Part shown: positions 39,618-52,875 of the stretch, piece after piece
Layout: the number at the start of each line of letters is the position of its first letter
How positions within the stretch are numbered: the stretch's first letter is position 1
Source: Camelus dromedarius
Taxonomy: Eukaryota
Direction: 5' to 3'
Assembly (NCBI RefSeq): GCF_036321535.1
Contig: NC_087436.1
Span: 89,220,001-89,284,000, forward strand
DNA length: 64,000 nt
Made by a program: the position numbers and the translations under genes
Notes under the pieces: generated by a model
Told to the model about the DNA's origin: nothing
Seen by the model: only the letters and a program-made list of their open reading frames with translations
Databases searched by the model: none

Positions 39618-41130
39618 GTTACATACAAATTGATGCGATTATTATAATGGACAGATCAGATGGTCAGTGCCTCAGTCAGCACATCAGTCTTCACATCACA
39701 AAAACAGACACAGGCAGGTGTTTCTTGTCTCCCGATAAAAGTACAAAACAGGGCTGGTTTAGGAAGCAGTCTCACCAAAGCACAACAAAATAACTAATTC
39801 AAACCCAATCAAGCCTCAGATATGGGGCATAAAAGAACACATTTACAACAAGTGGATGTAACCACAAAAAAAAGCATGGTTTCTTAAAAAAAAATTTTAC
39901 AGGAGGAAAATAAAGGAATAGGAAACTTTTAGAGTAAAAGAGATTTTAGATAAATTTATCAGCCAAATGCAATGTTCAGACCTGTTTGAACCTGTTTTTA
40001 AAAAGTTAATAATAAATTAGGAGACAGGAAAAATTACTTCAGCTCTCCTAGTGTTGGTTATCTGTAAAATTAGCATAATAATAGTACAAACTTCATAGTG
40101 TTGTGGTAAAGATGAAATACAACAATATAGGTAGAGCACTTAGCATAGTGCCTGATGTATAATATAGTTCAATTATTTGTATACCTGGGTAATGATTGAA
40201 TTTCATGATACAGTTGCTGTCAATAATAGTTCAAATGATGTGTCTTACTCTGTATGTGCTTAGTGTGTGCACACAAGCCCCCCCTCCCCACTCTGCAACA
40301 CACCTGTGGAGTCCCAGTGTGAGCCAGTACTGAGCTGGTATGCTTTGCTTTACACTACCCATCCCGTTCCCCATCCTCATGTAGCCCTTTGAAACCACGT
40401 GGCTCTGGTCCTGGGCTTTGCTAGGAGATGCAGGAAAATAAGATGATGGAAGTTTGAAAGCAAAGCTCAGGCAAGGGTTAGGAGGGGAAGGCAAAAGGAA
40501 GGGCAAATTAAGGAAGTTAAATACACCACTGAATGTCTTCCCAGAATTAAATCGTTCCATGCCTGCCATTTTCAGGGAAAGATAAACACAATCTTGCAGC
40601 ACCCACAGGGCTGGGCCTTGGAGAGAATCAGTGTTTTCAGCCAGCTGGATCGTGTTTGGACAAGAGGCAGGACACATCTGTTCATTAATAGTGATAATTG
40701 CTCGTTGGTTAAAAGCCATCATTTAGAGATAGGAAACGTTGCAGCTGACAACTATCATGAATCAGGTGACCACATCCTACAAATTTTCATTTCAATTTTT
40801 CAAACATTTATTTGGTTTGAGAGAGAGGAGACGAAGGTTAAAGAAGTACAGTTCCCATTTTTGACAAATATACAGTCTTGTTTGCATCACAAGGAGATAA
40901 CTCTAAGACACAGAAAGATAAAACATCTTAAGAGAGTTACAAATCTCATGGGCCTTTAGGAGATTAAAGTGAAGTAAGGTATCAAATGAGAAGGAGTGTT
41001 TTTATCTGGTTGGAAATGTAAAAGTCCTCATGGAGAAAGTAGAATTTGAGAGTGGCTTTTCAGAGAAGAGAGAACGTGATGGAGTGCGTGAAATTGGGGG
41101 TAGAGACAGGAGGGCAAGTGAGCAGGGCTG

Positions 41131-41248
41131 TAGGTTTGCTAGATGAAATACATCTAGTTGAATGTGATGTTCAAATAAACAGCTAATAGTATTTTAGTAT
41201 AAATATGACCTATGTACATTTGGGACAGACTTGATTTGAAATGCCCTA
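41131..41248 (+). mobile_element. MER53-like hAT MITE, internally deleted
   Basis: tagg(t)ttgctagatgaaatac...caaataaacagctaatagtattttagtataaatatg...gggacagactt...cccta resembles the left arm and right terminus of MER53. Confidence 0.7.
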
Positions 41249-41249
41249 G

Positions 41250-42420
41250 ATGTGGTTAGAGAAATAAGTAAATTGTTTCATAAAAGTTTAGGCTTCATGG
41301 AGGAAAGAATAGAGGAAAGAAATGGATAATAATGTGGGAAAAACATTTGGTCATATACACAGGGTCTCAGATTCCAGACAGAGAATTAATTTTACAGAGA
41401 CCATGGAGACATTGTTAATTTTTTTTTGTCTTTGCTTTTTTTTTTTTTTTTTTTTTTTTTAGTGTGGGATTGATATGACCTGATATGCACTATAGGAAGA
41501 ATATAATGGCGGGGATGAGAACAGGTAAAATTAAGACAGGAAATTGGCCAGGAAGTGAAAGATACTAGGGATATTAACTGAGGTGATGGAAGTGATTTGG
41601 AAATGGAGATGTTCGAGCAAAAGCAACAGACTGAATCTTGGGACAAATGAAATACAAAGATGCTTACAAGTTTATGCCTATTGACTAGAAGGAGGATGAT
41701 TTTGTTAGCAGGTGTGTAAGGAGGAAGACCTGATTTTAGGAGAAACAGATAACACGAAACAGGGTTCAAGTCAGGAATAACTGGCAGTCAGACATCCAAT
41801 ATAGATGCTCAGTAAGCAATTACAAATATTTTTCTGAACTCAATGACTTCATATTTTAGATACTTAAGCTGTTAAATTCAATGAGTTATTTAAACCACAA
41901 GGAATCCCTCTTGTTCACAATTAGAGCAAAAGAGGAAACAGTGCTAGAATAACAAAAAGACAGAAGAATGAGAATAATGAGTAAATTGTGTGAATCTTGG
42001 AAATCCTGAAGTCAAGGTCAATCACCACTCTTAAATCATTCAGAGAAGTCAAGAGTATAGACTGACTACCAGCAATGGTTCTGGTGATTTTTGACAGAGT
42101 TGCTTTAGGAAAGAAGCATGGGTGGGAGTCGTGCTTTTGGAGATGAAGGAGTAAATGAGGAAATAATGGAAACCAAAGCTCTTCAAGGACTCGTGCTTGA
42201 AGAGAAAATCGTAGAGGAGTCAGCAGAGGGAAGACTGAAGATTTGATAAAAGAAGGGAGCAAAATCAGAAGAGTGTCCAGCAATAAGATTAAATGCATAC
42301 ATGGCGAGATTAGCCTTAGAAAGAAGATGAAAACTTCTCTCAGAGTTATATGGAAGGAGGGGAAGAAAGACAGAAGAATTTTAAGGATTTGATGTGTGAC
42401 ATTGAGGGAGTTGATAGTTA
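41250..42420 (-). mobile_element. LINE-2 fragments
   Basis: G/A-rich degenerate sequence with L2 motifs (cagagaagtcaagagtatagactga; ggttctggtgatttttgacagag). Confidence 0.55.
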
Positions 42421-42967
42421 GTCTCCACTTCTGAGTAAGAAAGGAAATGACATTATGTCCCTTGACAGGATCAAGGTGGAGGGTTCATAGACCACCAACA
42501 TAAGTCCTGTCTCCTGCCACATCTTACACCACATCACAGACATCCACCCTTTATCCAGATCCTCAGCAAAGTGGAAGAGGAGGTAATAGTAATTGCAGGA
42601 CAATTCCCTGGTGTAACGCATTTTATGGCAGTGAGGGTAATCCAAGAGTAAGAACACAGTGGATTACAGTCTCTTCTATGTGCTGAATGCCCGTTGCACA
42701 GTAGCCTGGCTCTTCTAGAAGTACCAGGCCCCCATCAGACACCTCTCTCTTCTTTTAGGGTGTTTACACAGCTGTGCGCCATCCCTGAGGTATAAAATAT
42801 GATTTTGACACAGTTCACAAAAATAAAAAACAACTAACTCTATTCTTGTGGCTTTATATGAGCCAAGTTATAGCACCTCCTACTGAAATTTAATGTAGCA
42901 AAAATTTGATTCAGTTAAATGATATGGTCTTATGATTATGGAGTTCCTGGTTAAAAAGGTTTTCAGG

Positions 42968-43075
42968 TGACTAACATTGTAAATCATCTACACTTCAATA
43001 AAAATAAAATAAAATAAAATAAAATAAAATAAAATAAAATAAAATAAAATAAAATAAAATAAAATAAAATAAAAT
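42968..43075 (+). repeat. L1 3' terminus whose tail has expanded into (AAAAT)15 (43001-43075)
   Basis: acattgtaaatcatctacacttcaataaa followed by a perfect pentanucleotide array. Confidence 0.88.
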
Positions 43076-45474
43076 AATTTTTTCTGCATCCATGGGGGGA
43101 AAAATGCTTTCAATTGCATTCAGAAAATCCCATTGATCCCATCATTGCTAAAAACAATTCATTAATGCATGGTCTCATTTCATGATGACTATTAGCTGGA
43201 ATTATGGATAAGTGAAGAACTTTCATTCTCTACAGTAAGTACAGCCATAAATATGTAAATATCTATGTTATACTACAAGGACTTTCTAGTGCATGTGCTT
43301 AGGAAGCAATAGATGGCAGTTACTCCAGAAAAGGCAATTTACAAAAAAAGTGCAGATTGTCCTTTCTAGGCCTAGGAAATGTTATCGCAGAGGACCTAAA
43401 ATGAGCAAGCCATAATATAGGATCGTAGAAGCAGCAAAATTTAGGTTTGCAGGAGAATTTAGGGATGATTTTGTCCAATTCCTTTCTCTTTGAGGTTGAG
43501 AAATCTGAAGTCCAGAGAGAGGAAAGGGCAAAACCTAGTCAGACCACGAGTCTCTTTGACTCAAAGTCTCAGGTGCTTCCACTCGCCACGTGACAAATTT
43601 CTACCAGACTTCTGGAGAATTATTCCCAGGGTGTATTGTACATAATAGGCACTCAATGAATGTTTTCTCAGTTGGGCAGCAGTGTCTCTGTTCTGGTCAC
43701 GGACACCCCTGGGAGTTAGAGAACCACCCTCAGCACACAGTTATTTTAATACTTAATAAAGCTATCTCAGGCACAATAACTTTAGAAAAATATAATTTAG
43801 TATTTACCATGTATTAACGTATTCATTATTTCTTAAGAACTCCCCAATAATGAATCAGGGGTTATTAGCTCATTATTGCAGATGATAAAACTAAGTAAGT
43901 TTCCGTAAATTTATATCACTTGTTCAAGGTCAAGCAATCAGAAAATGGTGACAGTTTGAGCCCAACTTTGGTGCTCTGAATTCAGACGTCATGCTTTTTT
44001 TGTGATACCTTATGGTTTCTCCAGGATACTTATAACCTCTAGGGAAAAGAAAACTGAAGCTGTGAGGGACAAGATAGAGAGGAAGGCAGGGAAGGAGAGG
44101 AAAGATACCAGAACTGGTGTGAGGTTCTCATGGAGAAAACTGAGGCTAGAAAGAGATCAGAGTCCGGATAACAGATGAAGGATTTGTGTTTTCCTTTGGG
44201 AGATCTGTTGGAAGTCTCCTAGCTACAAAGACCTGGGTTGGCTCCAAAGAGTGAAAGCAATGTTATCAACTAGGAAGAAAGTGCTGACTTCTAAGAGTAT
44301 TTGAAAGACAGTGAGGTGAGAAAAGCACAGGTATGGGCATCAGGATACCTAGATTTTAGTCCTAATTCTGTCATTATCTTGTGTGCCCTTAGATCAGACC
44401 CTTGCCCTCTTTGTGCCTTAGTTTCTCAGTTTAAAATGAAGTGTGTTCAATTTTATGGTTCTCAAATATGTTTCTTCCTATGCAGCACTACCATTGGTAG
44501 AGACTGCCAATCATTTAGAAACTGCCTGGAGTGAGACTCTGTAAGTTGAGAGTGCAACCCACATTTTTGCTTGCAAAAAAGCTACTCCTTTTTTTTTTTT
44601 TAAACACAATAACTTTTCATACACTCTTGATTAATCACTTATAGTGAATATAAATGTTGTGGTTGATCAACCTACAAAGTTGGGTCATAGTATTATTCTT
44701 CCAACATACTTTAGAAAGACATTTCATCACTTCATACTTAGTTATATATAATAGAAGATACATAGGTAGTAAAAAATTACAATTGATTTCCAGTGTCTGA
44801 ACCACCACTAATGATCACCACGGCTCTTGAATTGGTAGATTTTTGTGTATTACTGTATCAGTATACTCAAGGGAATTGTTAGTTTATTCACCAGTTTTCT
44901 GAGAGGATTTTAGGTCAGAGATTTTTAGCTAGAGCTGACAGCTCCTAGGGTACTGAAAGAATGGGAAAATTCCAAAGATCATTTTGCCAAGATCAACTGA
45001 TGCTATTTTACTGTGCAAATGAAGACCAAAGCTATCAACTAAATAACGCACCATTAGGTTACATTCAAAAGTTTTATCATATAGATACATTCTCTTCACT
45101 TGCATATTGTTTTTGGATATTGGACGCACATTAATTGTAGACTTTTGGCCCTTAACTACAGTTTCAGCTTGCCACTGATGCTATATAAGGATTTCAGGGG
45201 GCTTATGAACACTCTAAAATGATAGGAAAATTTCATCAGCTTCTCAAAGGGATTACAAAAAGTGACAACAAAGGTTAAAGAACCACCACTCTACATGTTC
45301 TACAATAACATGTCACAATTTAAATATTCCTTTGGTAAAGCTGTAAGCTGACTTGAATTGTAGCCTAAAAGTTTTAATAAACCCTTAACTGCATGAGGGT
45401 TAATAACATCTCTGTCGATATGTAATACTTCTTTTAGACTTGATTCTTCAAAAATAAACAAACCAAAATGCACT

Positions 45475-46030
45475 ATTATGCAAAACATGGCTGATAGAAA
45501 TTAAAGATAACCTAAATAAAGATACATTATATTCATGGATTAGAAAACTTGACAGTTTTAAAATGTCAGTTCTCCCCAGACCAGCATATAGATTCAATGC
45601 AATTGCAATTATAATTCCAGGAGGCTTTTTTTTTTTTTTTTTTTGGTAGAAATCAACAAGTTGATTCTAGAAGTCATAGGGAGGGTCAAAGGACCTAGAA
45701 TTTCAAAAGAAATCTTATGCAGTAAATATAAAGTTGAAGGACTTGCATTATGTAACTTCATGGCTTATGATATAGCTATGGTGATTGAAATAGAGTGATA
45801 CTGTCTAAGGATGGACAAAAAGAACAGTGGAACAGAATGGAACCTAGAAATAGACCCCTACTTACCTAGTCAAAGGTACCAACATAATCTGATGGGAAAA
45901 AGCAAAGTCTTTTCAATAAATAGTGCTAGAATAACTAGATAGCAGTATGGAAAAAATTGAACCTCAACCCCTACCTCATAAAAAATACAGAAATCAACTT
46001 AATGTGGATCGTATACATAAAAATAAAAGT
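45475..46030 (+). mobile_element. Degenerate L1 ORF2 internal fragment (L1M-type)
   Basis: tatagattcaatgcaatt, gtggaacagaat, cctagaaatagaccc and gtcttttcaataaatagtgctag are hallmark L1 ORF2 motifs. Confidence 0.85.
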
Positions 46031-46519
46031 GGAAACACAGAGAATTTAAAGGAATAAAATCACTATGGATCTTCTCAAAGTTGCCCCACAGTATTTTCCT
46101 ATTTCTCCAAGATATTGTTTCCCGATTCCATTTCATAATTAAGTAGCTACACTGAATACCTAGAACACATTGTAACTGAGTCTGAGTGTCTCTGAAGTAA
46201 TCAAACAATTGGCCAAAAAAAGGTATAACTTCTAGAATGAGCGAGGTGCAAAATCTGTCTAACCAAGACACATATTCTTATTCCTCTGTTTATTATTTGA
46301 AGGTCAGGGCAAATAATTCACTTACCTTTGATGGAAAAATTTGTCTACATTTAGCTTAAATTGTTCTAAGATTTTCTGATCTTTAATATAATTTTCTTGT
46401 ACAGATTAAAGAGACTATTCACCTACTTGCCTCTCTCCCCTCCGCTCATTTCCAAAAGTAAAAAAAATAAAACAACAACACAAACAACGACAATAAAACA
46501 TGCAACACAGAGCTGTTTA

Positions 46520-46777
<258 letters not shown>

Positions 46778-49034
46778 CTATCACCATCATCATCACCACC
46801 TAAGACCTTTTGTTAAGAATGTGTTAGCCTGTGGTACTGTGGATGCCCAGAGACCTACCATTCTGCAGGTTCCCTAAGAAGTTTCATTTGCATATATTGA
46901 AATTTGCACCCCCAATTACAGGACAGCCAATAGTTTAGAAGTACTAGAGCAATAACTGAATGCACGCAGAGGCATTCTTGCCAATATAGAGTGAATCCAT
47001 TTACTTGAATTTTAAGATTTGAAGTTAAGGCAATGATATCATAGGGAAGGTCATAAAGGGAAGTTTGACCTAGACATTCATGTTTACAGAAATCTACCTC
47101 TGGATATCATATTTATAGTACTGTTTTGGAGGGAGGTTGTTTGTTAAATAATAACTAAAAATGGGTGCATTTAAAAGGAGAGGATGTGTTCCAAACTGCA
47201 AAGGTTTTTTGAATGAATATAAAGGTCCTCAATTTCCATTATCTCGATCTTTCTAGCAAATTACAACTTGTCTATCAGCCCTGAAAAGTAATTGATACAG
47301 CACATGTGGATGGAGATATTTGGCCTGAGAACTGACATCACTGGTGGAACTGGTCAACTATTCCCCTCTTAACTCATTCCTGCTTTGATTCAAGAATTGA
47401 CTTGGGTTCAGAGTTGGGTTTGTACTTAAGTTGGTTTCCTCACCTCCTGTAAAAGGTTACCCTAAGGATGTACCTTTGCACTTTTCTTTCTGCCCAAGTT
47501 TCCCTTGGCAGTGACAGAAAGATTCAGACTCAATAAAGGCGCCAAGGTTACAGGAGAGGAATGTGGATAATTACCTTAGAGCTTTAGTTGTCTGTTTTCA
47601 AAGAAGTCTATTAATACACAGTGTAATTGTCCATTAAAAGAATAAGAGGTAGCAGTAAAATCATAAAGTCTTAAGATGTGGGTCCCAATATAATAAAAAC
47701 AGAAGGTTCACTTTTTCTTTTAAAGGACATTTATCTGTCAATAATGACTCTGAATGCTTTAGCAATAATTAAGAAAAATGTGCATAATCTCTGCACAACT
47801 CTGTACTCCACTGTTTTATAGGCCACTATTTGAGAAACATTGACTCAGACCGTGTCTTACATCTGGGCAAACCACACTTCATCTAGATCCCTAGAGGGAT
47901 ATTTAGACATTTCTGGAATATCTTAAATGATAAGACAACATTTGTTCCAGATAATGAGTTCCAATGTCCTTTTACCACTCTGCTGGAGAACGCTTACACT
48001 GTTCACTCAGAAACAATCTTGCAATACTTTGAAGCCATTCTTTCTTGTTTAATGACAAGGACATTTGCTTTTTGCTATTAATCATATCATACCCCTTTTA
48101 AAGGTCCGAAACCTCCTTCTACCTTACCTTCATTTAACAGACTAAGAGAACCCACAGGGTTATATACACTTCTCTTCTCCCTTGGTACCCCTCTCATTTG
48201 CAACCTCTTCAAGCTCTTAGCATCAGACCTTTTTCGGAGGAAAATGAATTGGGCAGATTCTAAAATACCTTGATTACAAAAGCTACCACATGTAAAGCTC
48301 AGTAACCATGGGCAACTAACTTAACCCCTCCTATCTCAGATGTCTCATTTCTAAAAATAAAAATAATAGCACTTTACTGGCTTATTGCAAGTATTACCTG
48401 GGAACATGATGGTGCAGGTACTTTAGAAATTGTAACATGCTAAACAAATATGTTATCTTCAAAGTTGCTCTCTTCTATTTAAAGATTAATATCACACTTC
48501 CAAATTACTTGGAGTGTATATATTCATTTTCATAAGCATTTCTACTTGTTACAAGATGTTTGTAAAAGAAGTAGGCTGAAGGAGCCTATTGACCGTGAAA
48601 AAAAGCAATCGTCTGTGAGCAACTTTAAGTCTTGTTGCTGTGATCTTTTCTGCAGTTCAGCCAAAGAAAGAAAATGAACAACTGGCTAAAGATATGTTAT
48701 TGTAAATTTTGCCACGAGGATCAGCACAATCAGCAGTGGGATATGTGTTTTGGTACTCAACGCTGAATACTCATTAACCTCCAGCTCTCATGAGTGCCAC
48801 AGAGGAGCTCCTCACAATGAGACCATGAGGCAATATCCTTATTCCACACATTGTCCTCAATAAAGAAAGTGTTAATGTGTGATGGGAGAAAACTGATTGT
48901 AAAGTACAAATGATCAAAACGGCAAATGTAACGTTGTAATAATTAATGCTGTAATTAAAATATGTTTGTGGTAAGTAAATAATGGAGAGTGGAAGGAGAA
49001 AAGAACGTAACCATGAGTAATCTGCATAGATTGT

Positions 49035-49036
<2 letters not shown>

Positions 49037-49083
<47 letters not shown>

Positions 49084-49120
49084 TGTGTCTCTGTCTGTGT
49101 CTGTGTCTGTGTGTCTGTGT
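49037..49120. repeat. (GT)23 microsatellite followed by (CTGTGT)n-like repeats
   Basis: Perfect GT run at 49037-49082, then imperfect ctgtgt units. Confidence 0.96.
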
Positions 49121-50343
49121 ATAGACTTTTCCCCCTTCTCGCTCTGGAAACCGTTTTGTCTCCTGTAAAGAGAGAACTATACACATGTAGTGAGATGTTT
49201 GCTCTATACCACTCACTCTGCTTTAAATAAGTGTTGACTAAAAATCGCATCATGATTCTCAGTTAAAGCAATAGTTTACCCTATTTGCAGTAAGAAGTAA
49301 TTCAGTGAAAATGTATGTGTGCCAGTATCTCACATTTGGAAGTGGGTAAGGTGGAACAAGCACCTTTCAGAACGTTCCTTCTTATGCATTTCCAGGGTTA
49401 TTATCTTAATCTAGGGCTTGATTCCATGATAAATGGAAATATGGACCTATGAGCTTGATAACTTAAAAAAAACTTTTTGAAGCTAATGATAATTGTGATG
49501 ATAATAATGAAAAAATGTGGAAAGACTTAAAAGAGAGCAATATCTCCTCACTATGCATATCTTACCTTGTGCATGACAATAATCTCCTTCCTTCTCCTAG
49601 AGAGTGTGCTTTGCTCTGTGGTTTTCTCAGCCTCTTGTATCCATTATTACACTATGTTCTCACCACCTGGTGAGATAGGCAAACCATTTCAGAGAGAATT
49701 TATGATTTACGTCTCTGGGAAACTACTTACTGAATTTTAAGTAAATTATTTTTTCTATCTGCACCCCATTGTAAATATTAATAGTGACATCTGCATATAA
49801 TAAAGTCTATGATATTATTTTGGTGTATTCTACTTTTAGATGGAAAAGAAAGGCTTAAAATTGTTGTATTTTGTTCTCTGATGCAACAGATTTTCTATTA
49901 AGACTTCATTAGTCCAAAGTATGAGCACTCCGAAGAGGATGGAAAGTTTTCAGAAAGAAATTAAAGGTATTGATACTTTGTCAGAGAATGCTAAATTCAT
50001 TTTTCTTCCAAGTGTATTATAAGTGTTCAACCAGCTTTATCAAGTGTGCAAGCTACTCCTTTGAGAAAATGTGACATATTTAGAAGCTATGGGCCATAGG
50101 GGACTCTTTGACACTGAGGCAAATTAATGGGATTAACCGGTATGAGATTGCTAATGAAATTGGTCAGGCTAATTCAGGCATGAGAGAATCTGATCCACTG
50201 AGGAAAAGCAGGGTAGACAATACCAAATTAGTGGTGCTCAGTTAAACTCCAAAAAACACACTTTTTAAAATCTAAAAATGTTGAAAGGAATATGAAAATA
50301 CGTCTAGTAAATGAAAGTAACTCTTTTGGAGAATAAAGGTAAC

Positions 50344-50843
50344 GGTCTTTTATTTGTTTATTTATTTACTTATTTATTTTATTGAAGTATAAGTGATTTA
50401 CAATATTATATTAGTTTTAGGTGTATAATGTAGTGATTCAAAATTTTTATAGATTATACTCCATTTAAAGTTATTATAAAATATTGGCTATGTTCCCTGT
50501 GCTGTACAATATGTCCTTGTAGCTTCTTTATTTTATACATAGTAGTTTGTACCTCTTAATCCCCTTCCTGTATCTTGCCCCTCTCCCCTTCCTTCCTTCT
50601 CTCCCCTGGTAATCACTAGTCTGTTCTCTATATCCTGGAGTCTATTTCTATTTTGTAATATTCATTCATTTATTTTATTTTTTAGATTCCACATATAAGT
50701 GATAGCATACAGTATTTGTCTTTCTGAGATACAGAAGTAACCTAAGTGTCCATCAACAGATGAATGGATAAAGGTGTGGTATTGCCATTTGTAACATGGG
50801 TGGACCTGGAGGGTACTATATTAGTGAAATAAGTCAGACAGAA
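50344..50843 (-). mobile_element. 5'-inverted (twin-primed) L1 insertion
   Basis: Minus-strand 3'UTR to about 50725, then the adjacent upstream L1 segment on the plus strand (cctaagtgtccatcaacagatgaatggataaa...aagtcagacagaaa); TSD aaaggtaac at 50335-50343 and 50844-50852. Confidence 0.88.
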
Positions 50844-50868
50844 AAAGGTAACATTTTTTTTTTTAGAT

Positions 50869-51618
50869 CAGTAGTTTGAAACTCAGGGCAATTTTGTCCC
50901 CTAAAGGACATTTAGCTATGCCTGGAGACAGTTTTGGTTGTCACAGCTGGGAGTAATGTGAGTGCTACTAGTGTAACAGAGAAGAACAGACCTGACTCCA
51001 TATTGGATCTATTCTTTCAGCTTTAACCTTCGTGCCCTTGGCCTGTGCTTAGTCATGCTGTCTCCGCACCTTTGTAACAGAATGTTGCCTATGGCCTGAA
51101 ATACAAGTAATGGCCCTACCACAATGCTGTGCCTCCAGGGCTTGATCTTTAAAGATTAAACACTCTTTCATTTGTATAGAGATAAAAAGTTGCAGAACAG
51201 AAAATAACAGTTGTCTTATTGGAGTTTTATGGGAACATTGTGACCAGCCCTCTGTGGACAGCTGCAAGAACAAAGGATTCCAGTACCAAGAAGTTTTCAA
51301 CAACCAGCCATATTCCCTTTAAGTATAAAAGAAGCCTAAATTCTAACTCAGAGAAGAAGATTCTTTGGGATGCTAGTCTGCTATCTTCTCTGTCTGTTGG
51401 CTTTTTGAATAAAATCACTATTCCTTGCCCCCAACAACTTGTCTCTTGATATATTGGCCTGTCGTGTGGTGAGCAGTACCAGCTTGAACTAGGTAACATG
51501 AGCATCTGTGGGTAAAGGGTAGGGACGCTCCTCAGCCTTACAGACTGCACAGCACAGCCCCCCCAACAAAGAATCATCTGGCTCCAAATGTCCATAGTGT
51601 CAAGGTTAAGAAACTCTG
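50869..51618 (+). mobile_element. MER20 (hAT-Charlie) split by an LTR insertion
   Basis: cagtagtt..ggcaattttgtcccc..ggacattt..ctggagacagttttggttgtcaca..tgctact | LTR | gcatc..cacagccccccaacaaagaatcatctggc..gttaagaaactctg matches MER20. Confidence 0.88.
50972..51498 (+). mobile_element. ERV1 solo LTR, MER41-like (cetartiodactyl type)
   Basis: TG...CA termini (tgtaac...ggtaaca), start tgtaacagagaagaacagacctgactccatattggatct, TATA-like gtataaaa at 51322-51329, AATAAA at 51408-51413. Confidence 0.8.
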
Positions 51619-52251
51619 CCTTACATGAAAATATCTTTCTTTTCAGGATTAGTAAAATATTTCAAAATTCTTTATCATCATTAACATGTCAATTTGAGCT
51701 TTCAACATACCCCTCAAAACTTTGTGTAAGGAATGTTAGCCTTAAATGATTTATAATTTGCCACTTTAATGTAAGAAAATCATTTGATATAAATCCATTA
51801 ATTATCTAACATCAAAATAGGGAAAAAATTATATGGTTTAGGCAAATATACTGAGGTATGCATTTTACCAGAATGCACTCTAAGAAGACTTCACAGTGGG
51901 GTGGAAAAGTGAAAATCTCTTATTAGTTGCCTCCACAATCATCACATGTCTCAAATTAACTTGATAGTGAAGAGACAAAATACTACTTTAACATCTAGTA
52001 ATATTGTGCCTACTCAGAAGGATCATATGAGCAGTCCTTCCTTCACAAACTGCTCTCAAGAAATATGTATACATGTATGAAAGAACCAAGTTCCTTGCAC
52101 ACACTTGTATTTAATCTTTTATTGATTTGATTATTCACATCATAAGGGGTCCCAAGCACAAATTCCTGTTCCTTGTGAAATATTTATGCCAGTTCAGTTG
52201 AACTCAGATCTCCTCTTTCCAAGGCTGAGGCTGCTTTCCCCAAAGGCTGAC

Positions 52252-52875
52252 TGTAGTAGAGCTGTGCCTCACTTCTGCAGAACATTCTGTGATGGAAACT
52301 GCCCTGCCTACAGGTAACTGCCCTGCTGACTGACCATGACCATGTTCTATATCACAGGATTCTGTCCTCCTCCACCTTCAGAATGGAGAGTAAATGTCTA
52401 ACTTAAGACCAGCTGATCCATAGGCAGGTGATAAACCTGTGCCTGGGTCCAAAAAAAAAAAAAGACGTGCCAATCAGAGTCCTCTCCCGGAAATTTGCTG
52501 TTGGATAAAGGATCTGAGACAGCAGATGTAGGACCAAGTGCAAAGGTCATGACAGAACTAGCACTGCACTGCTATTACGAGGTTATAAGAGAGGAGAGAC
52601 TATGAATAGAAAGAGGAAGCCAGCCTGCAAAGGAAGAAAGAAAGTGGAGAAAGATGCAGAAAATAGCCATAAGGGGGAGAGTCTGACATTGTTAGAGAGA
52701 GTGAATGACCAAGTTCACATAGACTTTCTGCTTCCTCTTTCTAGTTCTTGTGAGGCCTGGCCATGTTCAGTACTTCAACCTCCTATGAGCCCTCTTTGTA
52801 TTATTACAACAAGTCCCACTGTCCTTGTGCTAAGTTGGTTCCATCTTTATTTCCTCCAACCAAAAAAGTCATAAT
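52252..52875 (+). mobile_element. Ancient ERVL/MaLR-type LTR (MLT1K/LTR33-like)
   Basis: ccaatcagagtcctctcccggaaattt motif and LTR-like 3' end (ctaagttggttcc...caaccaaaaaagtc); family uncertain. Confidence 0.5.

Larger units (their letters stand above)
38040..40025 (+). mobile_element. Old L1 (L1MC-like) 3' region interrupted by (TA)n and an MLT1A LTR
   Basis: A-rich L1M 3'UTR-like motifs (agccaaatgcaatgttcagacct; gatataccctaaggacaaaaaac); boundaries approximate. Confidence 0.55.

Noticed and set aside
40231..40959. 163-aa (-) and 121-aa (+) ORFs
   Set aside because: No similarity to any protein I recognise; lengths are compatible with chance in 64 kb across six frames.
48302..48316. RFX-like gtaaccatgggcaac
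   Set aside because: Imperfect match lying in a MIR-derived segment, where similar sequence is expected.
48774..49253. 159-aa, 100-aa and 63-aa ORFs with TH/CV repeats
   Set aside because: Open frames created by the (GT)n microsatellite; no protein family resemblance.
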